NCBI GenBank assembly: GCA_045863855.1
Contig: BTVV01000027.1
Span: 1-64,000 of the forward strand
From: Planctomycetota bacterium
Lineage (GTDB): Bacteria; Planctomycetota; SZUA-567; H5-PLA8
Length of the DNA: 64,000 nucleotides
Direction: 5' to 3'
Below the pieces are notes generated by a model. The model saw nothing but the letters and a program-made list of their open reading frames with translations, was not told where the DNA came from and made no database searches. Both the position numbers and the translations under genes were made by a program. Below, piece by piece: positions 59,342 to 64,000 of this stretch; position 1 is the first letter of the stretch; every line of letters begins with the position of its first letter.

Positions 59342-60349
59342 CTACTTTTGTTCGGACGGCGCGGGGACGGCTTTGAGGATCTCGTCCACGACCCGGTCGG
59401 AGGTGATGCCTTCGGACGTCGCGGCAAAATTCACGATCACGCGATGCCGCAGCACGGGCTTGGCCACGGCACGAATATCGGCGGTCGTGATATGCGTGCG
59501 CCCCGCGAAGAAGGCGTGAGCCTTCGCGCCTAAGAGCAGATTCTGGCACGCCCGCGGACCGGCGCCCCACGCCACCCACTCCTTCGCGAACGGCAGGCAG
59601 TAATCCTTGCTGACACGGGTCGCCTGAACCAGCTTCACGGCGTAAGTGTACAAGTCGTCGCGCACCAATACTTCGCGGACGAGGCGTTGATACTTAAGGA
59701 TGGTCGTTCCGTCCAGAACCTGCTGCGGCTCGTCGGCGTAGTTCGTCGTGGTGCGCTTCAATACCAGCACCTCGTCGTCCGTTTCCGGATAGTCCACTAC
59801 GATCAGGTACATGAAACGGTCGAGCTGCGCCTCAGGTAAGTTGTACGTGCCTTCTTGCTCGATGGGGTTCTGTGTCGCGAGCACGAAAAACGGGAGATCC
59901 AGCTTGTAGCGCTTCCCACCGGCGGAGATCTGCTTTTCCTGCATCGCTTCCAGCAGCGCCGCCTGCGTCTTGGGCGGCGCGCGATTGATCTCGTCGGCCA
60001 GGACCATGTTGGCGAAAATCGGTCCCGGCACGAATTTGAACTCCTTGCGCCCCGTATCGGCATTCTCCTGAATGATTTCGGTGCCCGTGATGTCCGACGG
60101 CATCAGGTCGGGCGTGAACTGGATGCGGTTCGATTTGACGCCGATCACCTTCGCGATGGTGGTCACCAGCAGCGTTTTGGCGAGTCCGGGAACTCCCATT
60201 AATAAAGCATGATTATGGCAGAATATGCTCTGTAGGGTCAAATCGACCAGATCTTGCTGGCCCACAATCACCTTGTGAATCTCGTGTTTAACCTTCTGGA
60301 TCAGGGCCCCGAACTCAGCCGCCGATTGGGTCGTAACGGTCTCGGACAT
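59342..60349 (-). CDS. moxR: MoxR family AAA+ ATPase
   Basis: GVPGLAKT, RIQFTPDLMPSD, ADEINRAPPKTQAALLEAMQE and ATQNPIEQEGTY.LPEAQLDRF. GGGAGG RBS. Confidence 0.97.
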   Translation of the reverse strand: MSETVTTQSAAEFGALIQKVKHEIHKVIVGQQDLVDLTLQSIFCHNHALLMGVPGLAKTLLVTTIAKVIGVKSNRIQFTPDLMPSDITGTEIIQENADTGRKEFKFVPGPIFANMVLADEINRAPPKTQAALLEAMQEKQISAGGKRYKLDLPFFVLATQNPIEQEGTYNLPEAQLDRFMYLIVVDYPETDDEVLVLKRTTTNYADEPQQVLDGTTILKYQRLVREVLVRDDLYTYAVKLVQATRVSKDYCLPFAKEWVAWGAGPRACQNLLLGAKAHAFFAGRTHITTADIRAVAKPVLRHRVIVNFAATSEGITSDRVVDEILKAVPAPSEQK

Positions 60350-60567
60350 GCTCTTATGCCTCCCGCCGTAAGCCTGCTCCAGAGCTCAAGTTCTCTAGCC
60401 AGTACACCACCGATCGGAGTTCATACTATGAAATTCACTTTTTTGAAAACCTAATGTTTTCAATAAGAAATGCGATTTTGTTCGACTTTCAAGTGTATAC
60501 GACTCGAGGCCGCGCTCGGGGCCATTGCCGTGGCGCATCCTTTAAATCCATGCGGGCGGGAACAGGC

Positions 60568-61677
60568 GTGAAAGCCGAACGATTCCAAGGAGATCCGCTA
60601 AAAGCCGACCTCCTCCAGGCGATCTCCCGCGGCGATCTGAAGCCCGGCGAGCGCCTGCCGCCTTTCCGCACTTTGGCCACTCGCTATAAGGTAAGCCTCA
60701 ATACGGTTCAGCGCGTGGTAGGCACCTTGGTGGACGACAAGGTCCTGGAGACCACGCAGGGGCGCGGCACCTTTGTCTCTACGGCGCGCCGACTTAGCGC
60801 AGCCACTTCTTTTGCCGTAGGTCTGTTTGTGCACACGAGCGGGCACTTCTTTGGACCGCTCTTCGATAGCCTTCGCGAAACCCTGGCGCAGCACGGCGCG
60901 ATGCCCATTGCTTGCGATTTCTCCGACGAACCGCTTGAGTACGTGCGCCACACCCGCCTGCGTGAGTTAATCGACGGGAAGCTCCGATCCTTTGTGGTGG
61001 ACGGCTCGATCGCGACCAATCCGGCGCTCAGTAATGTCTTTCTGGCCAAACGTCTGCAGCAATGGACCGATCGCATCCGAGACCTGACGGTCATCAACCG
61101 CTGGGAACATCCGGAGCGCGTACCAGGCAGCTACTTCCTCTTCGACTACCAAGGCGCCGGCGTGCAGATCGCGCAGTATCTCATGGGCTTAGGGCATCGG
61201 CGCATTGTGCTGCACACGTTCGGGTCACCCTTGGCGCCCGGTGCCTACGAATCGGATATCCACCATGGCATGAAGAGTTTCTCGAACTCGTCCGGGCACG
61301 AAGGGTTGCAAATCGAATTTTGCAGCCAGCAGCACCCGCTCGGCCCGGCCGAGATCGCCACGCTATTCAGCACACCCGATCGACCCACGGCCGTGGTAGC
61401 CGTTACCGATTATCTCGCGCGGCCGTGGTTCGACCGCCTAGCGACATTGGGTTTGCGCGTTCCGCAGGACGTCTCGATCATGGGCTTCTATAACACGCCG
61501 CACGCCAAGGAGATGCCTGTACCCCTGACCAGCGTGCAACTCAATACCGAGCGGCTCGTGTTGCAAGTGACCCACCATATCGTCGAGGCTCACGCGGCGG
61601 ATGAACCCACGCGTGAAGAGCAGTTCATCGGCGCGTCCTTGGTACTGCGATCCTCTTGCGCGCCGGTGCACCGTTAA
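60568..61677 (+). CDS. GntR wHTH + LacI-type sugar-binding domain transcriptional regulator
   Basis: PGERLP..LA..VSLNTV..QGRGTFV at the N-terminus. LGHRRI, PTAV, GLRVPQDVSIMGF, LTSV and LVLRSS further on. Start at 60550 or 60568. Confidence 0.92.
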   Translation: MKAERFQGDPLKADLLQAISRGDLKPGERLPPFRTLATRYKVSLNTVQRVVGTLVDDKVLETTQGRGTFVSTARRLSAATSFAVGLFVHTSGHFFGPLFDSLRETLAQHGAMPIACDFSDEPLEYVRHTRLRELIDGKLRSFVVDGSIATNPALSNVFLAKRLQQWTDRIRDLTVINRWEHPERVPGSYFLFDYQGAGVQIAQYLMGLGHRRIVLHTFGSPLAPGAYESDIHHGMKSFSNSSGHEGLQIEFCSQQHPLGPAEIATLFSTPDRPTAVVAVTDYLARPWFDRLATLGLRVPQDVSIMGFYNTPHAKEMPVPLTSVQLNTERLVLQVTHHIVEAHAADEPTREEQFIGASLVLRSSCAPVHR

Positions 61678-61771
61678 GTTGGTGCGGTAACGTAAATAAA
61701 CGCTTGGCAAGAAATTTAATTAGCTTTTTAGTAGGGTAGACACAAGATCGGACGTGTAGTCATAAAGTCAT

Positions 61772-61799
61772 GTGTATAATTATTTAAAACATAATTGTA
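61772..61799. promoter_or_regulatory. AT-rich promoter/operator region with inverted repeat TATAATTAT-N7-ATAATTGTA
   Basis: 8/9 complementary arms at 61775-61783 and 61791-61799, containing TATAAT. GTGTATA also occurs at 60493 upstream of the regulator. Confidence 0.45.
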
Positions 61800-61931
61800 T
61801 CTTAGAGTATTTGATTCGGTTCGCGGTGTATGAAGCTTCGCAGTGGGAATCGAAGGCAGACAGAAACGTCGCTCCTTCGTCACGGCTCTGGCGCGCCGAA
61901 ACGGGTTCAGCCTGATCCTGGAGAGAAGCAG

Positions 61932-62939
61932 ATGCCCTACTTCCGAACGCTTGCGATGCTCCTGGCGATCCTGTGCGGCCTCGGTCATACCGCCGAAGCC
62001 TGGACCACCTTCACCACGGAGCAAGGGCTCCCCGGAAACGAGATTCAGTTCCTCAAAGCCGACCCGAGCGGTGGCGTGTGGGTCGGGACCATGGCCGGCT
62101 TGGCGCACGTGAAGGATGGCAAGGTGGAGACGCTCTTGAAAGGCGTTTCCGTGTACGACCTTCTCCCGGGCGCGGCTGGCGAATACTGGGTCGGTACGTC
62201 GAATGGGTTGGCGTACTTGTTGGACGGAAAAAAGACCGACACGCTCAAGGACGCCCTGATCGCACCGGTCGTGCGCTACGACGCGCAGACTCTCTGGGTC
62301 ATCGGCAAGGACAAAGCCTCCGAGCAGAACACCTTGTACAGCAACGCCGGAGGCACTTGGCAGGCGGTGGAACGCTTCAAAGACGAGAAGGTCGTCGACT
62401 TGGTGAGAACCCAATCCGGCAAGCTTTGGGTGCTGGTGGATGGCAATGGAGTCTACGAGATCGATCCCGCCAAAGGTGTGGGGCAAGCCGTACAGCACCT
62501 CAAGGGTCGCAACGTCAACACCATCGCGGAAGACGGCAAACAGCACGTCTGGGCGGGTCTCTGGCGCGGCGGCGTTTTGAGCTTTGACGGGAAGACCTGG
62601 ACGCCTCACCTCGAAAAAGAGAAGTCTACGGTCTTCGCGATCCGCGGGGATGCCAAGGACCGGCTTTGGGTTGCGACCAACGCGAACGGACTTTGGCTGC
62701 TTGAGGGCGGGGCGTGGACGCAGCACCTTACCGGAGATGGCGCCGTCAACATGCTCGCGACTACAGCCAACGGCGATGTATGGATCAGCACCCAGTCTAC
62801 GGGAGGCTTGCGGCGATTTAGCGACGGGCAATGGAAGTCGGAACTGGAAAGCCCCCTGCCCATTCGCTGCATGCTGGAGACCGCCGACAAGAAGATCTGG
62901 GCCGGAGGCGTATTGGACGGCCTCCACGTCCGGCCTTGA
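61932..62939 (+). CDS. Exported beta-propeller protein (two-component regulator propeller repeats)
   Basis: Signal peptide, GLPGNEI and repeated D-x-x-G-x-x-W-(V/I)-x-T-x-x-G-L motifs. Confidence 0.88.
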   Translation: MPYFRTLAMLLAILCGLGHTAEAWTTFTTEQGLPGNEIQFLKADPSGGVWVGTMAGLAHVKDGKVETLLKGVSVYDLLPGAAGEYWVGTSNGLAYLLDGKKTDTLKDALIAPVVRYDAQTLWVIGKDKASEQNTLYSNAGGTWQAVERFKDEKVVDLVRTQSGKLWVLVDGNGVYEIDPAKGVGQAVQHLKGRNVNTIAEDGKQHVWAGLWRGGVLSFDGKTWTPHLEKEKSTVFAIRGDAKDRLWVATNANGLWLLEGGAWTQHLTGDGAVNMLATTANGDVWISTQSTGGLRRFSDGQWKSELESPLPIRCMLETADKKIWAGGVLDGLHVRP

Positions 62940-62977
62940 GTTTCTCCGAATTGACTACGCATAGGGAGAACCGTTAC

Positions 62978-64000
62978 ATGTCACAGCTTCCACGCCACTG
63001 CGCTTTGCTGCTGTGTCTGGCCGCCTTGCTTGGGGGAGTCGTCACGGCGGTCGAATCGCCCACCTCATCGGGCGCGGCCTCGCAAGTCGATACACCCATC
63101 GTCCGCGTTCCGTCGATGAAGACGCCGCCCAAGATCGACGGCACGATGGAGCCCAAAGAATGGGAAGATGCCTCGGCGCTAACCGGCTTCTGGTACGACT
63201 TCAACGCGGCCCATTTCCTATACCTCGCGCCGACGCAGACACAGGTCGAAGTGTATCTCGGCTACGACAAGGAAAACCTGTACATCGCCTTCCACTCACC
63301 GGTTTACCCGGAAGCGTCCTGGATGAAGGCGCGCGCACGATTTCCCGACGTCATCGGCCATCCGCTCTTCGGTCTGCAGTGGGATGACCATATCGAACTG
63401 GAATTGCGCCCCTATCACGATGCCGCCGTGGGCTACAAGACGGGTCTCTTCAAATGGTTCTTTAATCCCACCGACGTGTACAGCGACCAGCTTTGGACGC
63501 TTAAAGCGGGCGACGGCATGCAATGGAAGTCCAACGTGAAAGCGCGCTCCGGTGTGACCGACAAAGACTGGTTCATCGAGATGGCCGTGCCGCTGGCGCA
63601 GATGAAGACCGACGACTACGCGGGAAAAGGCGAGGACGGCCAGGATCTCGTCAAGCTTCCGCCGGCCGACGGAACCGCATATCGCGCGTGGTTCACTCGC
63701 GGCATCGGCGGCAATGGCGCGTATTTCAACGTCTTCGACAAGCATGTCTGGAACGTCACCAAAACGATGTTGGTGCTCGACTCCAAGGCCGTCGGATTCC
63801 AAGTGAATCGGCTGGGACCGGTGATGGAGAACACCATCGACGTGGAAGTCAGCATGAAAAACCACAACGATCGTTCGGAGACGGTGCGCTTGGGGTTCTT
63901 CGTCGAAAGCGCCGAAGGACTGGTGTACAGCAGCTACGACGACGCCGAAACCAAAGATGGATTGGTGGAACTGACGCCCGGTGAAGTCAAGACGCTTCGG
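62978..64000 (+). CDS. Exported protein with N-terminal CBM9/DOMON-like domain (partial, runs off the window)
   Basis: Absent from the ORF track because it has no stop. GGGAG RBS, signal peptide MSQLPRHCALLLCLAALLGG, and PPKIDG...EW, YDKENLYIAF, DHIEL and WFIEMAVPL motifs. Confidence 0.85.
   Translation, partial: MSQLPRHCALLLCLAALLGGVVTAVESPTSSGAASQVDTPIVRVPSMKTPPKIDGTMEPKEWEDASALTGFWYDFNAAHFLYLAPTQTQVEVYLGYDKENLYIAFHSPVYPEASWMKARARFPDVIGHPLFGLQWDDHIELELRPYHDAAVGYKTGLFKWFFNPTDVYSDQLWTLKAGDGMQWKSNVKARSGVTDKDWFIEMAVPLAQMKTDDYAGKGEDGQDLVKLPPADGTAYRAWFTRGIGGNGAYFNVFDKHVWNVTKTMLVLDSKAVGFQVNRLGPVMENTIDVEVSMKNHNDRSETVRLGFFVESAEGLVYSSYDDAETKDGLVELTPGEVKTLR

Overview
GC-rich bacterial chromosomal window, most likely from a Planctomycetota-lineage organism. 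This is inferred from the H-X9-DG pilin-like tail, the RF-x-L-x-x-LL membrane-protein starts, the MoxR/vWA/prenyltransferase-repeat operon and a ThrS insertion. Left to right it holds: (i) a repeat-rich left edge with three kinds of REP-like palindromic elements flanking truncated ORFs and tandem paralogues of a small two-TM protein; (ii) queD, an alpha/beta hydrolase, a large exported protein with a pilin-like tail, a PilZ protein, a DUF3524/GTDC1 (QTMAN-like) glycosyltransferase and a transglutaminase-like protein; (iii) thrS-infC (AUU start, no rpmI-rplT) and panB; (iv) a Zn-ribbon Ser/Thr kinase with a Zn-ribbon partner, ppgK, and an internally duplicated DUF5060/clan GH-A protein; (v) a ten-gene minus-strand cluster of a Cys-motif membrane protein, MacB/LolD-type ABC pair, ECF sigma/anti-sigma, double-domain ModA, ModB, ModC, MoaD/ThiS and a HesA-type E1 enzyme, divergent from a SUF operon that lacks sufS; (vi) a large GSDH-diheme cytochrome c surface protein; (vii) a MoxR-DUF58-vWA-vWA-DUF4175-like-prenyltransferase-repeat operon, divergent from a GntR/LacI regulator and the start of a putative carbohydrate locus. 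I found no rRNA, tRNA, CRISPR array, transposase or integrase. The best candidates for an undescribed system are the HesA/MoaD/double-ModA module next to SUF, the QTMAN-like enzyme near queD, and the REP-bounded gene-fragment hotspot. All family calls come from motifs recognised by eye, not from database searches.
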